Of a DNA stretch of 64,000 bases, positions 12,326 to 24,892 are shown one piece after another. The notes under the pieces are model-generated. The model was not told the DNA's origin and did no database searches. It saw nothing but the letters and a program-made list of their open reading frames with translations. This DNA comes from Octopus vulgaris (lineage: Eukaryota). The stretch spans positions 17,980,001 through 18,044,000 of the forward strand of contig OX597834.1 of the NCBI GenBank assembly GCA_951406725.2, written 5' to 3'. How positions within the stretch are numbered: the stretch's first letter is position 1; every line of letters begins with the position of its first letter. The translations under genes and the position numbers were made by a program.

Positions 12326-13992
12326 AATTTTAAACCACCTGTGCTTGCACGGAAAATGGACGTTAAACGATGATGATGATGATTATTATTATTATTATTA
12401 TCATCATCATCATTATTGTGGGTTGGCAGAAGCACTACAGCTTCAGAAATAGATCTAAAGAGCAAGAACAAATATCACAAGACATTCTCCCTCAAATTAT
12501 ACCCTCTCTGAATGGAAGGCCTGGTTGTACCAGAAACATTGCATTAGTAAAAAGATGGGACGATCATGCCTTGAATCATCTGTCTGCCTGTACAGGACTG
12601 GCCTGGGTTTAAAGACCACCATCACTGCCACCTCCATCATCAATATGTTTTTCCATTAAAATGGCAGTCAGAAAATGTGAAATCCAAACAGTGGTAACAC
12701 TGCATTCCATACAACATGCATATTGAAATGCAGTGTGGCCACCAACAAGGGGGAGACACTTGACCATTGGTCTGTTCAATCAGAGCTGACCTGGAGCTGT
12801 AGAACAATAGCACCACAATGCTCACTACCAACACCCCACCACCACCATCAATAACAACGATTTACCAATGAGAGCCCTTATGTAGTCACTTGACTCGCTA
12901 GAAATATCAGCCAAAATCTCTATTGAATTTTAAAGAAAAAGAACATCACATTGTAGTAAGAGTGTTTGAAAGGGGAAAAAAAAGGCTGTGTGGGCATGGT
13001 TGGAATGTTTTTGGTGATAAAGTCTTCTGGATCTGGGCTGACTTAGATCTAAAAAAACAACAGCAATGCTGCTGCCACTATCACCACCACCACCACCACC
13101 AAGACCACTACCACCAAGGTCATCACCATCTCCATCACCACAAAGATCAAAAGAAACCACCACTTCTGCTACCACTATATATGTGTGTGTGTGTATGTAT
13201 ATATGTGTGTGTATGCCTTTTGCCCAGCCAAGAAGGGTGACATCATTCAAAAGCTAAAATAATGCAAAGCGCATTGTGACAAGCGATATATAACAGCATC
13301 CAATAGTCTGATCAGTCATGTGATATATGTATGTGTGTGTGACACCATTTCCACTTACTAAATTTCACTCATAATCTGTGGCTATAGAAAAGACAGCTGT
13401 CCATAGCTGAGGAGTGGGATTGACCCTGGAACCACGTGGTTGGCAGACGGGCTCCTTAACTATGCAGCTATGCTAGATGATAATTGTGAATCAGTTTTAC
13501 TTCACTGTGCATTCAATGCAGCTCAGCCTAATCTAAATACTGATTGACATTGCTAGAAACACAATAGAAAAACAAGTCAGGCTGGAAGCTGCAGCCACAC
13601 GTAAAGTGGGCAAGGCAACAGGAAGCATTTGAGAAGAATTGCTGTCATATTTAAATAGACAACACAATGTAGTTTCTACGTTGATTCTTATTTCAGTGTA
13701 GTTTCTACAAAGAAATTGATGAGGAGATCATTTCAGAGTTTAAGTGCTATAGAAGAGAGATATATAAAAATGCTATTAAATTGTCTGGCTGTGTGTTAGC
13801 TTAGACAGTGAATATACTTGAGAGTGTAGAGTTATTTACTTGTTAAATGGCATTAAATAGCCAATCTAGCATCAAAAAGGAAGGGATTAACAAGCTTGGA
13901 ATATAGATACAACCACACACAGCCTGAGACATTTTGTATTGTATGCACACACACACACACACACATATACACACATATGTACGTACATACAT

Positions 13993-14636
13993 ACTCTTTT
14001 TACTCTCTCTCTTTTACTCTTTTTCTTGTTTCAGCCATTCTTTGTAAGCCCAGTACTTATTCTATCGGTCTCTTTTTGCCGAACCACTAAGTGATGGGGA
14101 CGTAAACACACCAGCATTGGTTGTCAAGCAATGCTAGGGGGACAAACATAGACACACAAACATATACACACACATACACACATATACACACATATATACA
14201 CACAAACATATACACACACATACACACATATATAAATATATATACATATATACGACAGGCTTCTTTCAGTTTCCGTCTACCAAATCCACTCACAAGGCAT
14301 TGGTCGGCCCGGGGCTATAGCAGAAGACACTTGCTCAAGATGCCACGCAAAATAAGTGATGGGGACGTAAACACACCAGCATTGGTTGTCAAGCAATGCT
14401 AGGGGGACAAACATAGACACACAAACATATACACACACATACACACATATATAAATATATATACATATATACGACAGGCTTCTTTCAGTTTCCGTCTACC
14501 AAATCCACTCACAAGGCATTGGTCGGCCCGGGGCTATAGCAGAAGACACTTGCTCAAGATGCCACGCAATGGGACTGAACCCGGAACCATGTGGTTGGTA
14601 AGCATGCTACTTACCACACAGCCACTCCTGTGCCTA
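13993..14636 (-). mobile_element. SINE family B with internal tandem duplication
   Basis: 14088-14350 repeated at 14353-14569; the internal microsatellite differs in length. Confidence 0.9.
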
Positions 14637-15204
14637 CATACATACATACATACATACATACATACATACATGAGAAGAGTTCAGGTCACTGCTAACCTAA
14701 ATTAATTGGTATGTGGTCAGAGTGCGCTAATAGATAAGTTACTAGGATCCAAGTGCACACAGGGGCTGGAGCTGTGGTAGCCTCTGTCCAGAGAGAACCA
14801 GTGATCCACAGTCTACGTTTGAGCCAGTAGGTATAATTTAAAGAAAAGCAAACAAAATCAAGGCAGGGCAAGCCTATCAGTTCATTTAAATTAGTTTAAT
14901 GGTGAAATGAAGTGAGCAAAAATAAAAATAATAATGTCTTACAGGCGTTTCTGGGATACTCCAGGAAATGGATCAATGTGTTGATCCACGTTTCCATATT
15001 CTGGGTATTCTATCATTGAAGGCAAAATATAAGAGAATATATGGGCAGGAAAATTTTACATTTTACTAAAACCCTTATGAGCGAGAAACCCAGGATAACC
15101 CCATAAACTGGCCTACCCCACTATAATATTAACTGCTCTACATTTTCAAGTGTGCTTCTCCTCCAGATTTATGTATCTCTACAAACGATCCTTATATATA
15201 TATG

Positions 15205-15409
15205 TTACGGAGATGTACTTGCATGGCAAGTGATTTGATCTGAGATTGTGTGCTGAAACGAAAACAATTGCAGCGTGGAAGGTGTTTGTAAGTCATTTAA
15301 GAAATACACAAAAGCCGTCCAATTCACTTCAACATTTAAATTTAATTTGTCAAAATATTTTCGTCGCTTTAAGACCGTGACCTGTTCACTGACAAAAATC
15401 TGTGCTGCA

Positions 15410-15410
<1 letters not shown>
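15205..15410 (-). mobile_element. Short Penelope-like element (~205 bp) carrying a hammerhead motif, flanked by (TA)n
   Basis: Homologous to 39140-39473; same 5' end atgcagcac and 3' end catctccgtaa. Confidence 0.65.
15346..15396 (-). ncRNA. Minimal type-I hammerhead ribozyme motif, G3-C8 core variant
   Basis: tttgtca|GTGAACA|g|gtcac-ggtcttaaa-gcgac|GAAA|atat|TT|tgacaaa: stem I, core, stem II (one mismatch), GAAA, palindromic stem III. Confidence 0.6.

Positions 15411-15411
<1 letters not shown>

Positions 15412-15470
<59 letters not shown>
15412..15470. repeat. (TA)n microsatellite
   Basis: Direct inspection. Confidence 0.95.
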
Positions 15471-15473
<3 letters not shown>

Positions 15474-15660
15474 GTTCAAATTTACAAAAAAACAAAAGCC
15501 AAAGATAGGTGTCAGAATAAAAAGCAGGTGTATTAGTATAGCACTCAGGAAAAATAGAAAAGTCTTTTACGTTTTGTGCCTATGCTCTTTGACAGAAAGG
15601 CGTAAGAGGTAAAAATAGAGAGAGAATGAAAAAAAAATGAAAAGAAAAAAACTGTGTAGA
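15471..15660 (-). mobile_element. Second Penelope-like short repeat (3' end abuts the (TA)n) with a decayed hammerhead-like motif
   Basis: Minus strand gccttt-ctgtcaa-a-gagc-atag-gcac-aaaa-cg-ta-aaagac; 3' part homologous to 53326-53415. Confidence 0.4.
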
Positions 15661-16427
15661 GTTCAGCAGTCCAACATGGCACGAAACTATAAAAACAAAA
15701 ATATGCGTCTCCCATGTTATATAAATCTGTTATATATAACATAAGCAGTATTAGATTAAAATAATTATCTGTAGGTCATATCTAATGCAAATATATTATT
15801 GAAAGTTGCATCAACTGCAGTATTTGTCCTGAGTTAATATCTATTATGGACATAAAAACACAAACATATCAGTAGCACCAGTAGTAAGTACCACTGGCAA
15901 CTGCAGGTTAAGACAAAGTCTGTCATCTGAAAAAAAAAAAAATTACTGACGTTGCAATTAGCTGGGATGCTGAATAAAAATTCATTATGTGCAACAGAGT
16001 TATTTAACACTGGTCATCTATAAGAGATTTTATACATTATGTGTGTATATCTAGGAAAAATGGAAATAAATCTTGCAGATATAACAAAACTACATTTTTT
16101 ATGTAAACCATCGCAGGAAAGAACTCATTAAACATGTAATTAATTCCTGTTTAGAGCCATAATATAATACAATATAACGTTATATAAAAATGAAATATAA
16201 TGAAAGATGTCACCACAGAATCTACTATCATTTTAGCCATCTCTAGATTTCATTCAGTCATTTCATATAACATTTGTTTATCCATGTTTGTATGGCTTAG
16301 ACAGGAGGAAACTGAGGCAGGAATTTTACAAGCTGGATGTTCATTCTGTCACCAAGCTTTACATGTTTTCCGGAGAAATTCAAAAGCTTAGAGATTTGTT
16401 GGTAGGAAATAACAATAAATGTCAACA

Positions 16428-16598
16428 GGCGCAGGAGTGGCTGTGTGGTAAGTACCTTGCTAACCAACCACATGGTTCCAGGTTCAGTCCCACTGCATGG
16501 CATCTTGGGCAAGTGTCTTCAGCTATAGCCCCGGGCCGACCAATGCCTTGTGAGTGGATTTGGTAGACGGAAACTGAAAGAAGCCTGTCGTATATATG

Positions 16599-16633
<35 letters not shown>

Positions 16634-16800
16634 GTTTGTGTGTCTGTGTTTGTCCCCCTAGCATTGCTTGACAACCGATAGAATAAGTACTGGGCTTACA
16701 AAGAATAAGTCCCGGGGTCGATTTGCTCGACTAAAGGTGGTGCTCCAGCATGGCCACAGTCGAATGACAGAAACAAGTAAAAGAGTAAAAGAGAGTAAAG
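16428..16800 (+). mobile_element. SINE family B with internal deletion
   Basis: Matches 3212-3627. Confidence 0.9.
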
Positions 16801-18267
16801 AGTTAGAGCTTGAACACAAGCTCTCTTTCTCATACACACACATACACACACACAAATCACCAGCATTGCTAAAAAAGGGTGAGTGAAGATAGCATACAAC
16901 AGAAAGAAATTTGGTAAAGTGATGCTTTATATACATTATGATGCATTTAACTGTGCGGTTTTATATATTTACACAACTAAGTCTATACTTCACAGAGAAA
17001 GTTTCATAAGGCTGAAACATGTCTTGCTTTATTCCCTACACCTCCTAAAAAAAAAAACCCAATATATTATCAATCAATGACTAACATAATTTTTTACAGG
17101 TAACTTTTTGATGCACCCTGCATTAAAAATCTTAACACTAACCTTAACTAATGTTTTGTTTTGTGGGGGCTTTTTTCTGTAAAAGGTATACAGAGTAATT
17201 TATTAACTGAGGACTGCTTTTTTTTTTTGTTATTATTATTTTGGTTGTTGAATGGTAGTACATTGGTAGAATTGTCGGTGTTTAAAAGATAATGCCTTGT
17301 AGTATTACCTTCAACTCTTTACATACTGCGTTCAAATCCCATCAAGGTCAACTTTGCCTTTCACCTCTTTACTGTCAGTAAAATACCAGTCATGTACTGA
17401 GTGTCAATGATATCAACTAGCCCCCCCCCACCTCCCCTTGTGTCTCAACTAAAAAGAGTAATTTTGGTAGTTATTATTGATGTTTAGCCGAAGACCAGGT
17501 CTAACTGAGAATACTTCTGATCAAAATATTTTCCAGCCTTGACAAATGTCATCTTTTCTCAGAAAATGGTATATGTGGGACTACATTATCCAATGTATCC
17601 CCCTTTCTAGACATAAGGGTTGATATGAGGGATAATTGGCTGCTATTTCTTGCATGTCAAGCAACAACACAGTACAGAAATTGTGTTGGTACTCATATAT
17701 CTACAATGTATTTCAGTGGATGAAAAGCATAACAGAAAGGTGAATTACCTCAATAAGGTGTGGCAAAGAATTGTATTACTTTTATACTTCATTTTATATC
17801 AGAACTTGTGATTAATACCATTGTTCGTTATATATTTCAAATTAACGAGTCACTGGTTCAAAGGATTTCTGGCAGTGAGAGGAACAAGGGAAAGGGTGCT
17901 GTCTGTGTAGCTCAAGGCCCAGGAAAAATACAAGGAACTTCAAGCAAAAAAAGTATTGCTTTCCTTCCAGTTTTCCTTCACTGATGTTCATCAGCAAAAC
18001 CTCTAAGCTCACACACACACACACACTACATCATCATTATAATCACTTAATGTCCATTTTTCCATGGTGGCATAGTTTAGATGGTTTGATAGGAACTGAG
18101 ATGTCACAAGGCTGCACTGAGCTCTAGTTTGTTTTGGCATAGTTTCTACAGCTGGATGTGCTCCTTAACACCAACCACTTTACAGAATATACTAGCTGCT
18201 TTACATAGTTTGAGAAGAGCCAATGCATGAAACACTCAGAATATGCCTCAAAAAGAATCACAGAAAC

Positions 18268-18860
18268 CTTTATTCTTTTATGCAGTTCAGTCACTGGGCT
18301 ATGGCCATGCTGGGGCACCACTTTGAATGGTTTAATCAAACAAATCAATAACAATACTTATTATTTAAGCCTGACACTTATTCTATCAGTCTCCTTTGTC
18401 AGGCCACTAAGTTAGGGAGACATAGACAAACCAACACCGGTTGCCAAGCAGTAGGAGCGGGGACAAACACAGACATCCACACACAGCTTCTTTCAGTTCC
18501 TGTTAACCCTTTAGCATTCACATTAACTCATCAGTTGCAATGCTTATTTATCCACATTATTTCATATTAATTCTGTATTATCTCATAGCTTCGTGATTTT
18601 GATGATGTGATTGTCTATGTTTAGAATGATGCTGTAGGGTAGGTGTGAGAGGTGGGATCTGGCCTGTTTAAACATAAAATAGATGAAATATTTGGGCCAG
18701 ATATGGCCTGTTTGAATGCTAAAGGGTTAAATAAATACATCGACAAGGCTTTGGTCAGCCTGAGGCTATTGAAGAAGACATCTGCGTAAAGTGTCACATA
18801 ATGGAACTGAACCTGGAATCACGTGGTTGGGAAGTAAACTTCTTACTACATGGTCAAGCC
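18268..18860 (-). mobile_element. Decayed SINE B interrupted by a piggyBac MITE
   Basis: Family B motifs on both sides of 18507-18726. Confidence 0.7.
18507..18726 (+). mobile_element. piggyBac-type MITE (family E2)
   Basis: TTAA TSD (18503-18506, 18727-18730); TIR ccctttagcattca / tgaatgctaaaggg. Confidence 0.85.
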
Positions 18861-20150
18861 AACGTTGTCTATGTTATTGGCAACATTTCCTGGAAATATT
18901 TTCTTTGTTTCTTCCTTTGTGTCTAAATAATTACATGATTAATCTCACAAACAGTTGAGAAGCAAGCAGTGAACCAGCGACTGAGCTGTTGTGTGTAACC
19001 TTATACATTCAACAATGTTATTGTTTACAAACAAACGTAATAGAAAAGAATTACATTAAGACAAAAATGCAAAAATAAACAAATCAATAAATAAAAGATG
19101 TCAATCTAATTATTGATTATTGATTTATGTAAAACAAATCCACAGAAACATACAAGTGTGAGGAGGGTACGGTGGGAGGAGAAATGTAGACGATCAGGAT
19201 ATTAAGATATTATTCTAACCCAGGTATATACACCCATTCTATGACATTAGATTACAGAAATCAATTGCAATTATAAAAGTAGTAATGGTAAGTGCTTCGT
19301 TAAAAGATGCTGTAAAGGACAAAGTAGAAGTCCTCTAATGAGGGGTGGTACAGGTAGCATTCCTAGGTGATCTGGTTTTTATTCTTGATGGTTAGATACA
19401 CTGGGACAATCATCGTCATTTGGGGTAGAAGGGTTTGATAGCATCTTGCTAATTATCACTGCTCTTAATTAGCTGGCACAAATTCAGTCTTATCAGTTAT
19501 CTGTCTCTGTCTGTCTCCCTCTCACACATACACACACAAACAGCAACTGTGAAAACAGCCAGTTATTGTTGTTGTTACTGTTCTGTCTCTAAAAACCCAG
19601 GTGACTAGGAATAACAGATTGGAAAGTGGGAAGAGAAAGATGTCACCTTGAAGCACATGATGACACACAGGCCAAGGGGGAAACATCTACATGGCCAACC
19701 AATGTGCTAGATATAACAGCCAAATCTCTCAAATAACACACCTTAGCATTTAAAAAACAAACATATACACTGGTTAATGGAGATAGCCCCAGATATGATG
19801 GTCACAGCTGGAATGTCTTTGGTTACAGGCACGACCATCATATCTTACAATCAGAGTCAACTTGGACTTCACAAACCTCATCGGATGTCACAACATTCTG
19901 TACGTCCTTTGATTAGGTGAAGGGATGGTATGTATGAAACAACAGACCTGCTTATGAGTTGCAATGAGTCATTCGCTTGACTACCTGCCTGCTGTAGGTC
20001 TGTTTGCCTGATCTATGTTCACCTGGGGCTACAGGAAATGTTGCCAATAATGGTTTCTTTGATGTCTTTTAAGGTGTGTTCTTGTATTGAACTAAAGAGA
20101 AAATAGTTATCACTACTAACTTAGTAATAGTTACCAATGATCGTTACCAA

Positions 20151-20420
20151 TGTTGCTTCACTGGCACCTGTGCCGGTGGCACGTGTAAAAAGTTTTGAGC
20201 GAGGTCATTGCCAGTACTGGCCCCCGTGCCGGTGGCATGTAAAAAGCACCCACTACACTCTTGGAGTGGTTGGTGTTAGGAAGGGCATCAAGCTGTAGAA
20301 ACTCTTCCAGATCAAGATTGGAGACTGGTGCAGCCATCTGGTTTGCCAGCCCTCAGTCAAAATCGTCCAACCCATGCTAGCATGGAAAGCGGACGTTAAA
20401 CGATGATGATGATGATGATG
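20151..20420 (+). mobile_element. Repeat family C copy
   Basis: gtgccggtggcacg units, conserved block, (GAT)n tail. Confidence 0.85.
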
Positions 20421-20737
20421 AACTTAGGTAGAAGGCCAGAAGTATGTGGAGATGGAGTTAGTCAATGAAATATTTTATCAACCTAAGAAACATGAAAGGC
20501 AAAGATTTGATTTCCTAACCCACGGGTAGGCCAATACCTAACTCTCTTATTTTCTCCAAGAGCATACAAAATGAGTTTAATTTACCTCCAGTTGGGGAGA
20601 TAAATGTTTCTACAGTCTCTTCATGGTGTGTATATGGATAGCTCTTAGACAACCGGTCTCTAAAAGGGTTTATATTTGAATAGCTGTTAGCCAGTATCTA
20701 CCCTGATATATGGATGGTTGTTAGCCAGTCTCTACAG

Positions 20738-20956
20738 CAGTGCTTTTCAAACTTTTTGCTGGAGCGAAACCCCAAGGAAACATTCCACTGGCTCAAGGAA
20801 CCCCTGTGCAATAATTTAATAGTCTTATGCACACATATCTGCACAGGAGAATTAAAAATTACTGTCGATTTTAGCATTTTTGTAACTTCTTGCGGAACCC
20901 CTGGACTGTACTGGCGGAACCCTATGGTTCCGCGGAACCCTGGTTGAAAACCACTG
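20738..20956 (+). mobile_element. hAT (Charlie-like) MITE
   Basis: 8-bp TSD ctctacag (20730-20737, 20957-20964); TIR cagtgcttttcaa / ttgaaaaccactg; second copy at 54402. Confidence 0.9.
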
Positions 20957-21964
20957 CTCTACAGGGTTGGGATAGAGGGTATATGAAGAGCTGTTACACA
21001 ACCAATCTCTGAAGGATAGGTGTAGGCAAACAATTCTCTGTCAGACAGCCATTCTCTACAGTGATTTTAGACAGACAGTCTCAATGGGGAAAATGACAGC
21101 AGAGCATTTAACAGACAGCCAGTCTCAATGGTAGTACGAAGAAATAAATGAACAAGAATACCAGTTACACAGCCAATTCATTCATGAATTAATGCACTTC
21201 CTGGACTGAAAACAATTCAGAGTTAATGAAGTTGTACCACTCCCATACAATTTGAAAACCATTTGCTAAAGAGTCACCTCCATAGCTAAAATATTTGCTT
21301 AATAGTCACCTCCTAAGCTAAAAGACATTGGAACAAAGAATTAAAAGAATTAATATGCTTCAACTTTTCAGGTCATTTATTGTTTGATAATCAGGTGGTA
21401 ACTAAATGCATCTCTGCCCTTCCCTTAAATCAGAAAAGGTCAGTCAGTTTAAAGTACATAAATCAATGACTCATAGACATTTCTTAAGATGGTCAGTTTA
21501 CACTGATGTAAGTGTAAATAAAATACCCGCACCTAATAATAAGGAAGAATTAATCAGCTCGTAGGTCAATGTTGTTTAACAACTAAATGTTTGATTACAA
21601 CAAAAAGGAACCTCTATGTAGTCATTGGACCTAATAAAAATACCAGCTGCGTCCTCTCAATTCACATCCTACTATCATAGGAAGTAAAAGCATCTTCATA
21701 CACACACAATGGAACTTCTGCCTTCCAAATTCATTCACAAGGCTTTGGATGGCCCAGGGTTATAGTAGATGATACCTGCTCAATGTGCTGTACAGTAGGA
21801 TTGAATCCAAAACCATGTGGTTGGGAAGCGAATTTCTTATTCTTACAGCCATACCTATGCCTATAACCATACCTGTAGCTATTGCCTTACGATAAAAAAA
21901 AAAAAGAGGGAGGATACATAAGCCAATATAGAAGCAGATATACAAAAAGATATGATGGTCATAA

Positions 21965-22525
21965 CTGGAATGCTTTTGACCTTACATGTGCTTGAGAAGA
22001 CACGTCAAGCTAAATTACAGTATAGTTGTCCTTACATATAGGCATATCCCCTGTATCCCTCCCCAGCTGTGCATTCCTAATTTTGTGGGCTTATGGGTGC
22101 TGATGCCATGTAAAAAGCACCTGTACTGGTGCTACATAAACGTACCTGTGCTGGTGCTGCATAAAAGGACCCAGTACACTCTGTAAAGTGGTTGGCATTA
22201 AGAAGGGCATCCAGCCATAGGAACCCTGCCAAAACAGACATGGAGCTCAGGCAGCTCTTCAAGCTGGCCAGCTTCTGTAGAACAGCCTGACCCATGTCAA
22301 CATTTGGAGACACGTGGCTTAGTGGTTAGGGTGTTGGACTCATGATTGTAAGATTATGGTTTTGATTCCTGGACCAGGCAATGCATTGTGTTCTTGAGCA
22401 AAACACTTCATTTCACATTGCTCCAGTCCAGATGGGGAAAATATACGCCATGGAAACCGTATGACTTCAGAAGGAACTTCTTACTATACCAACATGGAAA
22501 ATGGATGTTAACTGATGATGATGAG
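21965..22525 (+). mobile_element. Decayed family C copy including RTE-like ORF end (VLEKTRQAK), interrupted by SINE D (~22305-22485)
   Basis: gtgcttgagaagacacgtcaagctaaa upstream of the family C body; SINE D head tggcttagtggttaggg. Confidence 0.6.
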
Positions 22526-22609
22526 GATTTGTTTAATCAGGACTAACAGGGGACAAAACAACAATGGTAGGTTTTGCGGGGTTTGTTTTTGCCCTAAAAA
22601 GATTTCTAT

Positions 22610-23410
22610 AAGCCTAGCTGTGTCATTAAGAAGTTTGCTGCACAATCATGTGGTTTCAGGTACAGCACAGTATCTTGGGCAAGTGTCTTCTACTCTGGGC
22701 CAACCAAACCAATGCCTTGTGAGTGAATTTGGCCAATGGCTGGTAACTGTGGAAGACACACACACACATTCATTTGTGTACGTGTTTGCGTGTGCAAGTC
22801 TTTGTGTTCATCTTCACACCACTTGACAATTGTTGTTGGTTTGTTTACATTCCCGTAACTTGGTGGTTCAGCAAAAGAAACTGATAGAGTAAGCATCAGA
22901 CTTGAAAGTAAAGCAAAATATGTACTGGGGACAATTTGTTCAACTAAACTTTTCAAGGTGGTGCCCCAGCATGGTTGCAGTCCAATGACTAAAACGAGTG
23001 AAAGAGCATAAGCTCAATGCAATAAATTCGGATGAAGTGGGGGTGGAATCAATTAGAATAAATACGACCAGCACTTGATTGGTAATACTGATTTTATCCA
23101 CCATAGACAAATAAAACAAAGTCAACCCCAGCAAAATTTGAACTCAGAATATAGAGGTACATAGCTGAAATACAGTATTAATAATTCTTTCTAATTTTTG
23201 AATATGGCCAGCTGTTTTGAGGGGATGGACAAAAGGAGTCAATTATATTGACCCCAGTACTCAACTGGTGCTTATTTTATTGACCCTGAAAAGATGAAAG
23301 GTAAAGTCAAGCTTGAGCCGAAATTGAACTCAGAGAATAAAAAGCTGAAAGAACTTCTGTTAAGCATTTTGTCCAACTCATTAATGATTCCACCAACTCA
23401 CTGCCTTCAA
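22610..23410. mobile_element. Decayed SINE B (+) followed by two SINE A (-)
   Basis: Family motifs recognisable. Confidence 0.65.
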
Positions 23411-23758
23411 CACTGCATTAATAATGGTTACAAGTTTTGGCACAATGCCACTGCCACCTGACTGTCTCCTGTGCCGATGGCATGGAAAAAGCACCCACTA
23501 CACTCTCGGAGTGGTTGGTGTTAGGAAGAGCATCCAGCTGTAGAAACATTGCCAGATCAGATTGAAGCCGCACCAGCACCAGGCTCCAATCTGATCTGGC
23601 AAACCGTCCAACCCATGCCATGCATACATGCATACATACATACATACATATATGTATGTATGTATGTATATATATACACACACCTTTATGTATATGTGTA
23701 TTTCTCTTTCTCTCTCTCTGTATATATATATATATGCGTGTGTGTGTGTGTGTGCGTG

Positions 23759-23924
23759 TAGATTAAAGTGAAAATGAAAAAGCAAAATGCTTGGTATCAC
23801 TTGAAAAAAACATTTAATTTCGGCAGAGAATATAAAGATAGAGAGTCTCATATTCTCTGTCGAAATTAAATGGCCTTTTCAAGTGATGCCAAAAGTTTTC
23901 CTTTTTCATTTTTACTTTAATCTA
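23759..23924. repeat. Foldback hairpin, ~75-bp imperfect arms, 16-nt spacer, next to (TA)/(TG) repeats
   Basis: tagattaaagtgaaaatgaaaaag...catttaatttcggcagagaatat vs atattctctgtcgaaattaaatg...ctttttcatttttactttaatcta. Confidence 0.85.
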
Positions 23925-24313
23925 TATCTGCCTACTTGAGGAGAAACCACTTCTAGCCACCTCTGACAGGCAGTCTCAACACCCCACTTTCATTTGCAGT
24001 TCAAGCTGAAGTTTTTGTGGTAAATCTAACTGAGCACTCATATTACATATCTGTTATTTTACGTCAGTTGACGAAAACTTCTTATATATTCTATACAGAT
24101 ATATAAATAGATATATATATAAATGAATATAAAGTGTGTGTGTGTGTGTGTGTGTGTATAGTTAGGAATAGTGTACTTATGTACCAACAATGTTTACTGA
24201 CATATACATACTTACTAAAGTAAACTTTGTTCATCAATAAAGAACAAGTCTGAAACAGCTGTAGTGAACTGCAGCCCATTTGTGTTATTACATATAAGTG
24301 TGTATATATATAA

Positions 24314-24350
<37 letters not shown>

Positions 24351-24353
<3 letters not shown>

Positions 24354-24675
24354 TCATCGCTTAAAGTTCGCTTTCCATGCTAGCATGGGTTGCAGGCTCC
24401 AATCTGATTTGGCAGAGTTTCTACAGCTGGATGCCCTTCCTAACGCCAACCACTCCGGTAGTGTAGTGGGTGATTTTACGTGCCACCAGCATGAGGGCCA
24501 GTCAGGTGGTATTGGTAACGGCCATGTTCAGTTCACGTTTTTAACGTACCACCTACACAAGAGCCAGTCCAGTGGCAACGACCTTGCTCGAATGCCAGTA
24601 AGGGGACACTGGTAATGATCATGCTCAAATGATGCTTTTTACATGCCACCGGCACGGAAGCCAGTTAGCTGCTCT
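24351..24675 (-). mobile_element. Repeat family C copy
   Basis: catcatcgcttaaagttcgctttccatgctagcatggg...ctacagctggatgcccttcctaacgcc. Confidence 0.8.
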
Positions 24676-24828
24676 GATATATATGTAGTAAATCAATAAT
24701 AAAACAAAATCAAAGACAGAGAAACCAAAAGTCTGAAAGCCATTCACAGTAAATATTATTAGGCTGACAACTAAAGAAGGAACAATGTTACAAAGTATAA
24801 CATTTTAGACATGATCCTTGGAAATTAT

Positions 24829-24855
24829 CATATATGTATATACATACATATATAC

Positions 24856-24892
<37 letters not shown>

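Noticed and set aside
15834-15926. Strong minus-strand acceptor (t)12cag followed by MTDFVLTCSCQWYLLLVLLICLCF
   Set aside because: No convincing donor; the acceptor is just a poly-A run on the plus strand
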